Assembly: GCA_021613535.1 (NCBI GenBank)
Contig: CP075492.1
Span: 5,394,001 to 5,458,000, forward strand
Length of the DNA stretch: 64,000 nt
Direction of reading: 5' to 3'
Source of the DNA: Adineta vaga
Lineage: Eukaryota > Animalia > Rotifera
The first letter of the stretch is position 1; the number at the start of each line of letters is the position of its first letter. The notes under the pieces are model-generated. The model was not told where the DNA came from, searched no databases, and saw only the letters and a list, made by a program, of their open reading frames with translations. Below, piece after piece: positions 13,375 through 26,983 of this stretch. The translations under genes were made by a program, and so were the position numbers.

Positions 13375-14888
13375 GTTTTTGATAGTTTAAGAAAGGAAAA
13401 TGAATGAACACCTTGAATTTATTATGATATCTTGTACTAACTTGATTACAAAATGTAACACTGTATCCAGATAATTCTGCTTTATTGTATATGAATAATG
13501 TTCATCACGTACTCCTGATTCTTTATAGATGATTTTAGATATACATTAATGATGTTTCGTAATTGTATAATTGCAATAAATATAATGGTAGTCAAAAGCT
13601 AATATTATAGTCAATAATAGAGATGATATTGTCTCTGATGAAACCATCGTTTCTGAATAGTATGCGCGTTGTAAATATCACAACATTTATACTAGGTAGC
13701 TTTGCAATGTCTCGGCTGTTTAAATAAATCAGGCAACACATTTCGACATGATTCAGTTTTTCTCAAAAACAAATTTTCAAGATATTCGTTTTCAAGGGAG
13801 ATAGCTTGCAAGAAATGCACTTTGTTATTTTTCAACATCTTTTCCCTATTATTTAACGTTCTGTTCTTGATATCGTCACATAATAAATCTTTTTGTGCAA
13901 CCAACTATAGAAAGCGCTCTAGCTGCTTTTTCATTCGATCTCATGTTAATATATAGTATGCAAAATAAAGGAACCAAATGATGCGATCATTCTGACAATT
14001 TTCGAAAATCTTGTTTGATCTTCTCTTCCTCGTTTGCTATTCGACAAATTGAAGCCGATAGTCCGGAACAACAATGAGCGTATCATCTTGAAGATATGGG
14101 TAAGAATGTTGGTGCGCGTGGATGTAGGTATAAGTAATAGGATCTATCAAATAGTTAACTAGCCACTCTCACGCACATCTACCTACACCCTGGAGATGCG
14201 TTTGACTGTTTTTTTAGTATTTTGTGGGATGTATCTCACTTTTTCAGTGCAAAGGATGAACAAATAGACAAAGAGTGTCTTCTTTTGACGAACTGGACCT
14301 AAAAATAACAACAAGCAGTTGGACTTCAACGGAGATTGTAGCTTAGAACCTGAGAGATGACCTGATCCCCTTTAAGTCAGATGTTGTCAAATATGAATAC
14401 GTTTGTTTCTTACTGTTCGAAAGTATTAACGTATTAATCTCATTAACAGAGGAGATCATGGTTCTGGAGAGGACAGCTAATCTTTATCTACTTCTACAAT
14501 GGGACGTGTTGGCAAGTGGAAAATGGGTCATTAAAACTCGAAGGCTGTTTTGAGCTCAATTAGGGGAGTTATTATTGTCTGCAATAAAAGCTTCTTTATG
14601 TGGAAAATGCACATATTTGTATTAAAATATTTTGCTAATTATCAGATTGCTCAAAAAACTATGTTTCGTCTCTTTAAGATAGATCATAAGGTGATATTGT
14701 CACATTGTTGACAAAAAATAACATCCGGCTTGAAAAAGTTAAAAATACTTCTTTTTATCTGTACATTATTTTTCAGAATATAAGGTATAATGTTTCTTTC
14801 AAAAATGTACTCGGGGAAAATGTTCCGCACACCTTATCTTTCAAAAAACAATTCCCATTTAAAAATATTTCTTTATCTAGATTTAACG

Positions 14889-15476
14889 TGTGAGATCAAA
14901 TTAGGTCAACATGTAGATGACTCCGGACATGCATAAATCCTTTAAAATCAATGGCAAACTATGATCAATATTTCATAGCCAATTGTGACAATCTAAATGA
15001 TTGTACACTTTCTTTCCGCTTCTCATACACTATGATATTCGTCCTTGAAATATGCTTCTTCCTCTTTCTCTTCTCTTCTTTCTCTTCTCCTCTTCCTCCC
15101 CCTTCTTCTCTTATGTCGATGAGTCAACCGATCATCTTCTATTTTCCTTCTCCCTGTTTGCACCTAGATATTAACCTTCTATCTTACATATCCATTAGAG
15201 ACATCGATATGCATGTTTTCTCACATCTTATTTTATATAACCATTAGAGAGATATCGATATGCATGTTTTCGTTCGTGTTATCTTATATAACCACTAGAG
15301 AGATATCGATACACACATATAACCTGGATTTTACACATTATCTATAGAGTTTGATATTTTTCTGTAGCGTAACACTGTATGTACCAAGGACTATATAAGG
15401 ACGAGGGAAATACAGTATAGATACGATTTCTTTGGATAAAATAAAAGAATACACATACTCTTTCTCATCTCTAACA
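14889..15476 (+). mobile_element. Possible solo LTR / LTR remnant
   Basis: TG...TAACA ends, ~50-bp tandem repeat x2.5 (15192-15320), TATATAA (~15392) and AATAAA (~15440). No convincing TSD. Confidence 0.35.
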
Positions 15477-15874
15477 TCAGAAATCGTCACACCAATCTCA
15501 GCGTGGAGGGAGATGCAGATGAAGTTGATAGTGTGAATGATGATATGTAGTCTGTAATCATACTTTTACTCGCACCTTCGTCAGTCCGCATGTTCCTAAA
15601 TTCTTCGCGACACCATCAACTTATTCTAAAATAGTTTCCTCACAATATCTCCGAAATCTCCAATTGTAATTAAAACAGTTTTTTTATACTACGCTTGACA
15701 AGATACTCTACGCCTCAGAATGAGTTCAAACTTCTGTGAATGAACCAGTTTGAGACAATTGAATTATTTCAAATATGTTGATGATGACTGTGTTAATGCT
15801 GCTATGTTAAAAATGAATATTTAGACTCGAATAAAACTTGATACTACAGTGCTACTAATGGTCTTAATCTTATG

Positions 15875-16052
15875 TAGTGGTGTAACCAGGGTAGGGTATG
15901 AGTAGGCGCCCCCTACCCACTGGTAATTTTCGAAAAAGCTATTTATGAAAAATAGCAGTAGATTCGTATGTGAGTTGCACTCAGTGGCATGACCAAGGCA
16001 GGATATGGGTAGGTGGTGCCTACTCACCCGCCAATTTCTGTTTACGCCACTA
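15875..16052. mobile_element. hAT-like MITE
   Basis: Termini TAGTGGTGTAACC / GTTTACGCCACTA. Absent from the paralogous site at ~36685 (ggtcttaagtg). Confidence 0.6.
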
Positions 16053-18899
16053 GCCTGTCCTAAGTGGCATCTGATGCTACGTCAGAGAGGGCTGACATAT
16101 TTTATAGTAAAATAGCTTGAACCAGAAACCGAGAAATTCTAGTGATAATTGTTAGTAAGTTAGGGATGCCAATTACATATCAAATCAAATACGTTCTCTC
16201 GTACAAAAAAATGTGTTTTTTATTCCACTTTTACATCGCTTTGTATTTTGTTTGAAACATCTAGAATATACCACAACATACATTATAAAATGAACTACAA
16301 TCTACAAGGAAAAGCCTATTTTATTTGTGTAATTTCTGCTTTTAGAAAAAAGAAAAATCATGTGCAATCAATTTTTGACGCTCCCAAAATATAATTTTTT
16401 CTTATTTCATCTTTATATCACCTAATGTGCTTTTCCGAAGAGAAACGAAACACCGGAGAATATGCAGTGTAAAATGTATTTGAGTTATGTGCTTTTCAGT
16501 TTTCAAAACAGCAAAATTTCATGACACCAATGCGTAACATTGCGAGAAAATGATTTTTGACAAGGATGAACAATTCCTTTCCTCTTACTTGAACAACTAG
16601 TTCTATGTAAATTATAGAGGTTTTTGCGCTGCATCTTTTGATGTATATTTTTTGACATGCATATTAATTGCCGAAGCGATGAAATATGAAAAAGGAATGT
16701 GTCGTTGACATAGAAAAAAAAGAGATTTATGCAGCGTCGAAAGTCGGTCGCACACAATTTCACTTTCGTTTGAAACTAGCAAGTACACAAATAAAGTAAG
16801 CTTTACTTTGCAGATCGTAGTTCTTTTCATGCTGTAGCTTATGGTATAATTTATTTGCTTTAAAGAAAATATAAAGCGACGCAGAAATGGAATAGAATTG
16901 TCAGAGGGAGATGACAGAAAAATGCTTGTATAGAATCTACTAAAACCAATGATTTAAGGCCGTATAATAGTAAATCTACATCAGAAAGCACTTTTCAAGC
17001 CATACATGATTCAATACTTGAGAAATTATATACAGCGATAAAGGAAATGTCATCAAATTCGATATAAACTTACTTAATATACTATAAAGTGTCTAGAGTC
17101 CTAATATACGAAAATTCAAATTATGCTATAGGTATAAACTAATATATTAATTTAGAATAAATACCTAAAAAAGGAAACGTTTGTCACAAACATATACGAA
17201 TAATAATTTTCACTTTTCATGTACACCTAGTGAGTCATGTTTTATATTTTACATAGGCATAGTGAAATGACCAAACTAATATTTTTCATATAGGATAACG
17301 ATCACACTATCACCAGTAAGTAAATTCTGATGTTTTCGTACAAATTACATGTGCTATGTATCAAACTAACAGACAATAGTTGCAAATGATCATGATACAC
17401 AGACACATAAATATAAAAGATGGCCATTTTTTTCAAGTTGCTTCTTATTATTATATGTTAGTATAGAGAATAGTGATGATTACTTATATCAACTCCAAAA
17501 GAATCCTCGAGCATTTTTCAGTCATTTGTATTAAATTATATAAGACATTACTCAATGATTGTTCATTCGAACGATAATCTTATAGAATAGATTATTTTGA
17601 TCATTTTACAGTTTTCCATGTTTCCATGATAAAGCACAATAAATGAAAAATAACCGATGCAATGATGTATAAATGTAGAAGAGATGATTACCTCACGATT
17701 TTACTTAGATCTATTTTGTTAAAGTATAAAAAGAAAAAATTATGCAATATGTAATATTCAGTAGTAGACTTGTGATCGATGAATTATTACATATGAAGAA
17801 GAAAGAATTGTAAGAGTTCAAATGTGTGCTTCATGATGAAATGAAAACAAGGAGAGAAAGAGAATGTTCATATGTAACCATCTCTTGCGACTGATGATGT
17901 TGCTAGGCACGAGAAGAAAAGACACTGATTAGGTCATATAAAAGAAATAAAATGTAAAGCACAAGAGAAAAATAAACCAAACTTGAGTCATATGAAAATG
18001 GATGAAACTCACTTCGTCTAAGTGCACTTATTATACAGTGGAATATAACTATGCAACATGGCATTACATATGATTGTTGCAGTAGAAACAATTATATTTT
18101 TAGAAAAGATCTGATGGGCTAGAATTATCAATTTGAACGAGTAATTACGAATAATATTTGAATTAAAACTCTAGTACTATACATCTCAGAGAGCATGGAA
18201 GTCATAAGTAGAAAAAAAGAAGAACGAGACTAGTTACTCACAAATACTTATGTTGTCTTCTAGATTTTCATTGATAGAAATAGTGCGAAAAAGTGAGTAG
18301 TAAGAAACTTTCTTGACACAAATCAAGTTAATGTCTCTAAGAAATATGAAGACACAGGATAGTTAGCTTGAGAACAAATAGTAAAAATGACTTCTGACTA
18401 GTCGTGGTTATCAATCAGTTTCTTTTCAACATACAAAAGAAAACAACATCGTTGAAATAGTCTATTCAAATGAAATTAAGCAAATCTATTTTTGCTTTTG
18501 AACTTTTTCTAATCACTTACCTTTTTGACCTATAAGACGAATGAAATGTTCTACTAATGTAAAAAATGAAAATAACTTCGAAAGTTTATAGCATATCCAC
18601 TTAGGCTAATATCTAAATATAAAACATAAAATTGCTGCTTCAAAATTACAGATGAAATATAACTAAATCATTTGTTATGCATTATCGTTTGTTTATACGC
18701 CATTTAAAGTTATCATGTGTCATGTAAATATGTAAATACTAAATACTAAATACTTAATCAAGCTATTATAGTTGAAATATTCAAACGACTGTTCAAAATT
18801 ATACGTTCCCTATCAAAAGCGAAAATTATATAAGAAATTTATTTGTTTGATCTAATAGAAGGAATATCGACATTGTCTCGCAGCGTCAGACGCGTAGTC

Positions 18900-20100
18900 T
18901 CCATAAGATTGACGCTCATAAATGGACATTTTGGTTATTTATTACAACAAAATACATAATAGTGCTCGTATTACTTTCATTAACCATAGATATTTCATAA
19001 ATAATATATTCCTTAAAACGCTATAGCACGCACAGAAGTCCCATAATTCGTTGAAAATGAACGAATTCAAAAGTACTATTGATACAAGCGTTTCATCTGT
19101 TTCTATAATTAATTCCTAAAAAAAAATAATCCGAGTCGAAATAAATCTATTTAGATCTATTTCAAACCATAATATTTCGACTGTTATTCATAATTCTAAT
19201 AAAATTAGATTCCAACTATTCATGTTTAGTCGCCCCAAAAACATAATGTTCGTTCGATGAAATATGAAAGTATGTATAATATTAAACATAATTATCCCAT
19301 AAATAAAAATTGTCGCTATCAATAAATAGATAGAAATGATATTGATAAAAAGTGAACATTAAATAATTCCTTAATATAGATAATCCCAGAAAAAAGTGTC
19401 CTAAAAACATAAAGGAAAGTATTCATTCATAAATAAGCAAATCCTGTCTGTATTATTCTAATTAGTTAGTTAGTTCATCCATCATAATATAGTGTGTCGA
19501 TAGCTTAGAGTTCTTAACAATCAATGAACATATTTATTCCATTATTCATATGTTATTCCCAATCATTTCATATGAAATAAATGTAAATATATTGTATGGC
19601 ATATAAATCAGTCAGTTCGTTGATTTAGAATAAATACCTTAAAAAAAAGAAATGTTTGTCACAAATATATACAAAATATTTTCCAATATTCCATGTGCAC
19701 ATCACCAGTCTATTTTTATATTTCACATCGATTTAGTGCATCTATCAAAATAACATTTCCATATAAATCGTAATGATAGTACTATTACTAGTGCATATTT
19801 CCTATAATATATATATATATATATCGAACGGATGAAATGATAGATGTGCATGACCATAATACATTATATGCATAGAAAAATCAAAGACGATTCTTTAATC
19901 TACACGTTTTGTTTTAGTGCTGCCCCATGTTCGTATAGAAAATAATGATCATTATTCATGCTGAGCCCAAAATACGTATGCTCTAGCTTTTTAGAGTCGT
20001 TTATATAAAATTATGTATAATATGATTCAATGAATATTCACCCATAAGATAATCTTGTTAAATAAATGTCATGTCTTTTGATGTTCTCCCATATTCATGA
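18900..20100 (-). pseudogene. Decayed Fringe-like/GT31 glycosyltransferase
   Basis: Manual translation of 19400-19216 after a ttttag acceptor: HFFLGLSILRNYLMFTFYQYHFYLFIDSDNFYLWDNYV*YYTYFHISSNEHYVFG. This fits the GT31 pattern WY..(D)DD.Y...NL...L......Y.G. Upstream IIISIRTWG. Further decayed copies at ~17.1-17.7, 41.2-41.9 and 63.6-64.0 kb. Confidence 0.45.
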
Positions 20101-20869
20101 TAATACAATAATAATAATAATAAATGAAAAATAAACGATGCAATGATAAATTCTAAATCTTACATAGATTTATCTCGCTAAAATATCAGAAATAGAAATT
20201 ATACAATATCCCATATTTATACGTGCGTTTGTGATCGGCGAATTACAACGTATGAAAAAGAAAGAATCGCAAGAGTTCAAATATATGTCTGCTGATGAAT
20301 GGAAGGAGAAAAAGTGGAAGATGGAGAATGTGCATATGTAATCACTACTTACGTGAGTGACGTATTGAGACGAACGAAAAAAGAAAGTGATTGGATCATA
20401 CAAGTGAGAGAGAAAAAAAACGAAGCGAAAAGTAAACAAAACTTGAATTGAATCAGAATGAATGTAACTAAGCAATAATGTTATATAACACTAAAAAAAA
20501 GATCAGAATACGTGCATAATATGTATTAGATAACAATTTAACAGAAAGCTTTATAATTATTCTCAGACTCATAAGAACTGAAACGTTAGTTTAAGCAAAT
20601 GTCGTTGCCTATCAACTAGCTGTACTCATGTTACGAAAATCAACAGTTTTAATTGAAGACTCGAATTTTGTATAGGTTTTACACATCTATTTATCCTTTC
20701 TTGTCATGATTTTTAAGAAAGGAAAACATAATAATTAACAATTTTCATAACATTATTAAACAGTCTGTGTCGATCATAGTATTAACTTTTGTCGCTCAAG
20801 AGAGGAGATTTAAGAATTCAAATGTATTAGAAAGGCACACCACTATCAATCAGATTCTGAGGAAATAGG

Positions 20870-21507
20870 TGTTACGATCTGTGTATGCATACACTAAGAT
20901 CATATCTATCTATTTTCTTTCATTCTGTCTTTACTTTTCCGTATTCATTCTCTTTCGTGTCTATGTACTAGTCGGTTGTTTATTCTATTCGAACTTCCAT
21001 ATAAATAAACAAAGGACAGATCATTAACAGTGGCGACCCCGCAGTAAATTTATAAACAATCGATTCTTTTTTAATTTACATTTAATTATGACAGTGCATA
21101 CACGTAATCAAAGTGAATCAAATAATGATGCTGATCCTCAACCTATTGCACAAGTTACAAATGAATCTAATCCAAATCTATTATCATTAACAAATACAAA
21201 TAATGATGATAAAACAGCTACAGCTGATGGATGTTCCGCAACAGAACGTGATGAAAAACCAACATTATTAGAAGTACTTCGCCATGATGTGAAATTATTT
21301 AATGGTCAAGATGATGCTCGTCAATGGTTTAGACATATTCATTCAAAATTTTCGGAATTTAATTTAACACTTGATGAACGATTGGAAATCATTCCTTATT
21401 TTTTCGAAGATGATGTTTTCATTTGGTATACGTTGAATCAAGACAAAATTCAATCATATGCTCATTTATGTCAATTATTTGCTCATGAATATTTCAATCT
21501 CGAATAA
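20870..21507 (+). mobile_element. Ty3/Gypsy remnant: 160-bp 5' LTR, PBS and truncated gag (21088-21507)
   Basis: LTR 20870-21029 with inverted ends TGTTACGATCTGT / ACAGATCATTAACA and an AATAAA. PBS TGGCGACCCC at 21031. ORF has gag-like FNGQDDARQWF...IWY...SY..L...F. No pol or 3' LTR. Confidence 0.75.
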
Positions 21508-22446
21508 ACTTCTTGTCCTGATGTCAACGCTAATATCAAACAATCAAACCAATCTTTTTTATTACGTCCACCTGTTGTTGTTAATGAATCTATATATGAT
21601 GATTTAATAAATCTTTTAGGTGATAAAGCAGTAGCAACTGCTGATGATCATGATACACATGCTTAAATTCTTGTATACGAAATCCACGAAATCTTCGACC
21701 AGTTTTCCACAAGAAGATAATATTCCAGTTCATTGTTAATAGTACGGCTAATTCGGCACCTTCAACATCAAGACCAAAAAAAAGTCGATATGAGTAATTC
21801 CAATAGCGGACAAATAAGTGCCAATAGGACCACATGCTACCTTTCGTATTTTGTGATGATTTTTATACTATGCCTTCTTGAAGGATGCATCCATAGTTGC
21901 GATATCACTTGCAACAGGACTATCTTTACCCTGAAATTTAAATATTCAATCAAATCTTTTAATCTCTTTTTTAGCACTGTCATGTTTGTGTATAAGAAAA
22001 GATACCGAATGACATCGCAATTTTGATCTTGAGACCATATATGTTCAATAGTAACAATCTATATAATATAACAGCATAGAATGATAAAAGCTTCTAAAAT
22101 TATTCTTTCTTCAATATATCGACTCTGATGAATAACAAAGTCACGACACTGTTAGTCTCAATGAGCTTAATGACTAACTTTGACAAGTGTTTTCCAATCC
22201 TTATATACTACACTGTGTGTTAGAAGTACACATATTTGTCCATTTTCTTGAGTGTCTGTCTTTAGATATTGACATGAATGAAAAAAAAGAGACATCTATA
22301 TATCGATAGAGATAACATTATGATGATTTTTGTCTATATTTCTTTATTGATACATAAGATAAAATCGACCTATTGTCTAGACATCGGTCATTTAAAAATG
22401 TTGTCCTTATCATCTCTCGTTCTTCACACGTTTGAACTTATTATCA

Positions 22447-23948
22447 ATGACGATAACAAAACATGTACATCGACGAAAGATTTGTCTACTTATTATTTCT
22501 ACTCTCTTATTTTTCACTACTATACTAGTATTTTGGTTTTTGTTTGATCATTCACCTCGAATTCAATATCAATTTACTTTTGTATCGAAAGCAACATCTC
22601 AAAGACGATCATGGCAAGTACAGGATTGGGTTCAACGATACAATATCACTCATCTATTTGATTGGACTTGGCATAGAACTGGTGATTATAATCGATGTCA
22701 CATACCACCAAATTCTATTTCGAAATTAATCCCACAAAAATTGAATTCAACAATTGTCGTTCATGATGTTGTTAGTTATTTTCGTTCTCATTCTGATGAA
22801 GGATGTATTGTCGATAATGCACCACATCAACCAAATCCCGTTCCTCATCCAATACCTCGTGCTCGTAACTGGTCCGATACGTGTGCATCGATGAATATCG
22901 ATCGTCACTGGATCTTATGTTATCTACCACAATCAGAAATTGGAAAATATTTACCAACGACGACTCATCATGTAGTAGTGGCTACATTTAATGCATATGT
23001 AGACAAAGGTCATTGTAATATTGAGGTACCAGGTACAGTATTTACAGAGCATGCTACTTTTCATCCTCAAGGATGGGTCAATGCACCGTGTAGTGTTGAT
23101 CCAATTACTCGTCTTCCAATGGTTAAACCAAAAAATCGATATATTGAATTAATTGATTCAATTGGAGTTTATTTACATGCACCTGGACATTTTGGACCTC
23201 AACAATTACCACGTTTATTACGTTTACTTGCCGTAGCTCCAACAACAACCAAAGTTCTCGTAGCCAAAGGTGGTGTTGCTGATCTATTGATGGATGTTCT
23301 CATTGAGCGAGATGTTGTTACACGTGATCGAATCGTTCTATTTGATAAAAAGAATCGTGATGATTATTATGCTAATATTGTTTATCGTAGCGAAAGTTGG
23401 CCATATTTATGGAATCAAAGTTATGCACATCGACTCCATGATCGAACAGATATGCAACTTGCTCATCGTGTTCTCGTTGGTGATAATAATCATCAACAAT
23501 CAATTGATAAAAAAGATCATGTTATCCTTATAAAACGAAAAGATGGTTATGATCGATCATTGATCGAACATTCCGATGTTGCTGCATTTATGATATCTGC
23601 ACTGGAAAATCAAATCTTTCATCTAATCTACATTTTAAAGTTTTTACTGCTCAAGGACATATGCGTGATCATATTGCTTTATTTCATCGAGCACGTATCA
23701 TTGTGGGTCCTCATGGAGCTGGTATGATGAATATTTTATGGGCATCACCAAAAACATACGTCGTCGAAATTGGCTATAGTACCGGTATGACATTTCCTCA
23801 AATGTATGCTGAAATGAGTCTTCATTTGGATCAAAACTATTGGGTTTGTAAAGGACACGGAGCTTATGGTGCTCCTATTCATATTGATATGAACGATTTT
23901 ATGTATATTTTTAATCAAATTCTTCAGGAAATAAAAACGTATTCTTAG
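22447..23948 (+). pseudogene. GT61 glycosyltransferase, copy 1 (1-nt frameshift; may be a sequence error)
   Basis: Matches copy 2 except one A missing in ggaaaa(a)tc at ~23607. Confidence 0.75.
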
Positions 23949-24070
23949 CAAGATAAAAAGAACGATTGTGTCGCTCTATTGCCATTGGTTCGTTGATAAG
24001 ATACGATTGAGTTTGATCAATTTTTCTTTCGTGTCTCATCTCATTCTCATAAATAATAGCTATACTAAAT

Positions 24071-26321
24071 ATGAATAATTCACAGAGTAGTAATAACGAA
24101 ATGGATGTCGATAAAATCGGTGTTGTTGATGAAGAAGGTGAACAACAATCAGCCAAGTAAAGATTTTATTTTATACTTATACTTTAATTATTTTTTAATA
24201 TTAATTCATAGAGGTCAACTAACTGGTCCAAGTTCCTTATTTATTTGTCTTCATTTTCTGATGATGACTATAATAAAACCTTTAGTTACTAAAACTATTC
24301 GTCTTTATCTTGACGACGTGTTCGAAATCATTTTTTCAAATGATCGTATTGTAAATAATCCAATGGATCAACTACAAGAATTTGCTAATAAATTCAATCT
24401 CAACTTTTATATTTACATCATTCAAGAAGATGAAAGAGGATTTCACGAAATCATCTCTTCAGCTGTCCATGAAACTAATAATCATGTTCGTGCATTTCTT
24501 GTATTCGATCAACGTCATCAACAGTTTTATGTATTCTCGATCAAGGATCCAAATATTGAACATGAAGTCATGTTTCGTATGGATGATATGAATAGTATGC
24601 AATTATTTCAAGAGTTTGTCTCTAATCAATACCCTGACAGTACAGTAAATGTCGTCCAATCATCAGAATGTAAATTAAATGCATCAAATTTATGTAATTT
24701 ATTACTTCAAAATGTTCAATCTCTTATTTCTTGTGTTGGATCACAACTTGATCATTTCAATAAGTTTTCCTTCGCTTCCTCCGGTGAGATATATAATTGT
24801 ATTATCAAAGTGATTGAATAGTACTTTTGTTTTTCTTTATTAGCATATCAACTTGCTGAAAATGACTTTACCTCTCTAGAAACGATGAACAATGCTTTAG
24901 ACAAACAATTGAACTTATTATTAAGACTATCAGAATTAACAGCAGAAACCTTGAAAATAAATCGTATAACATCTATCTCAACAGATATTACTGAAGCAAC
25001 TTCTATTGTCAGAGATACATGTAAATAATCAATTATTTCTTCGCAGTCGATTTCTTAATTTTTTTTATTTATATAGCAATAACGAATCACGATGAAAATA
25101 TTCTAACTAATAATCCAGTCGACATCAGTCCAGACATACCATTAAATGGTCAACTGTCAATAACGACAGACAATGGTGAGCAAACAATACAATTACCCAA
25201 AGTACAATTATTGAATCAACCAGCACGAGTTCGTCGTCATCGTTATTTAGTAGAATTACGCGATGGTAATTGTTCCGGTATACCATTTCAATTCACGGTA
25301 AATTCATCTAAATTAATTAGATTATTAATCATAATTCAATTATATTCTAGCTTCCAAAAGAGATCAACAATTATAAGCGAGACTTTTATCTTGGTGCGCA
25401 TGTTACAACCTACGATGGAAAAGAACATGATCAGAAAATACCGGTGTACACGGATATTTCAATTAAAGAGAATTATAATCTAAAAACGAATGATCTCGAT
25501 TGTTTTGAAACTTCGAATGATCATCAAGATAAAAATGAAACATTTGATCGGAAAACGAAAGGTGTCTTTTCAAAAATTATTTTTTCTGACCAAGAAAGTC
25601 TTCAGAAAAGGTAAAAAATATTATTTTTAAAAGAACATCTATATATTTATAGACATAGTTGGACTTTCAAGACAGTTAATTTTATGTCAAGACAACAAAA
25701 TTACGAAACCATTGATCAAAGATAAGAAACTGAAATGGTGTCGATTCAAATTTGCAATTTATATAAAATCATCTAATGGTCATTTTCAACGAATTTCTCC
25801 GCCAGTCTATTCAGATTTGTGCCAAGAAAGTAAATGATAAGACATCATTTTCTTCTTGATCTTATATCCATGCTTTTCTTTTTAATTCAAGCTTCTAATG
25901 GTCACCCAATAGAAACGGATACGATTATTCCAAATAAACTCTGCGAAAATGGTGGACAAATGATATTCATTGCAATTGATGAAAATTTGAATAAAGATGG
26001 TATAGAATTCTTCAAGTTTTGAATACTATCTATACATGCATTCTTTATTTCAGACGTATCTGTATCTTGTAATAATAAAGTTATCAACAAAAATAAATTC
26101 CAAATATGTGGAAAAATTCTATCGTTTGAATCCCCGGTGCATAAGCAAGGAGAAGATAGTCTTACGATCGAAGTTCGTAATTTAAACGGTGATTTTCTTG
26201 TTTCTCATCAATTGTTATATCATCAACATGGTATAGTCTCCTTTTTCTATATGTTTGAACTTTGTACTATATATTTCTAGATGATCATCCTGATCCATGC
26301 GGTGTATATAATGATGACTAA
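24071..26321 (+). pseudogene. Divergent Rel-homology + IPT protein gene, 9 exons, copy 1 (extra T at ~25681 shifts exon 6)
   Basis: Exons 24071-24156, 24212-24783, 24844-25020, 25077-25297, 25351-25610, 25653-25829, 25892-25999, 26054-26230 and 26281-26321. All introns are GT-AG with compatible phases. Confidence 0.65.
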
Positions 26322-26983
26322 TTCTCATATATATTTTCTTTTTTTTTCTTTGTATACAAGTACAATTAATAAATACAACTTTATGAAATTTTCAATTACT
26401 GATCATCTTGCGATTGAAATTGATGCACCTGTTTTCAACGATCGAGCACCATCAGATCGTTGAATTGATAATAAAGAATAGAAATGTGAACGTGCTCTCT
26501 TCTAACTTTGCAGCAAATAAGATTTGTTTTCAACATAGATCAAATTACTTTCGTTCTCTCAGTAGAATAACAGGTAATATAAGTTATGTATAAAAGCTGT
26601 CCGACCTTCAATATAGTCACCAATAAAGATTGACAGATACGAGAAACAAAATTACCTCTTGTGAAATTAAAGAACGAAAGAAAAAAAAATAATAAAAGTA
26701 AGTTTGATTTATTAGCAGGTATGCAATGAATACATGACACTGCGCTCACGTTTCCTCGTATATAACCAAAGACAAATAAACATTTTATTTCTATATAGAT
26801 TGCCCTTTATCGACGTCTGACGTACTTCTTTCAAGTTTTCCTGAACATTAAAAGAAGAGAAAAAAGTTAAAAAAACTTTTGACGACACTTTAAAAAAAAA
26901 TTATTCCATTCATTTCTCTTCCTTGTTTTTCCCCTCAAAGGAAAATGTGTTTAAACATGAGTTAGGATAATTTTTTCCCTTCA

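Larger units (their letters stand above)
15790..20178 (+). repeat. Older diverged paralog (A') of the segments at ~36.6-42.0 kb and ~58.8-64.0 kb
   Basis: Collinear similarity 15790-16900 with 36615-36750 + 38720-40100, 18150-18390 with 40130-40360, and 19365-20170 with 41210-41995. Lacks the MITEs found in the other copies (empty sites at ~16123 and ~16736). Confidence 0.85.

Noticed and set aside
13560-14600. Possible decayed coding sequence downstream of the 12009 gene
   Set aside because: No consistent frame or family motif found by eye.
24105-24821. 238-aa ORF as a stand-alone protein
   Set aside because: It is exon 2 of the 9-exon gene plus read-through of adjacent introns and out-of-frame exon 1.
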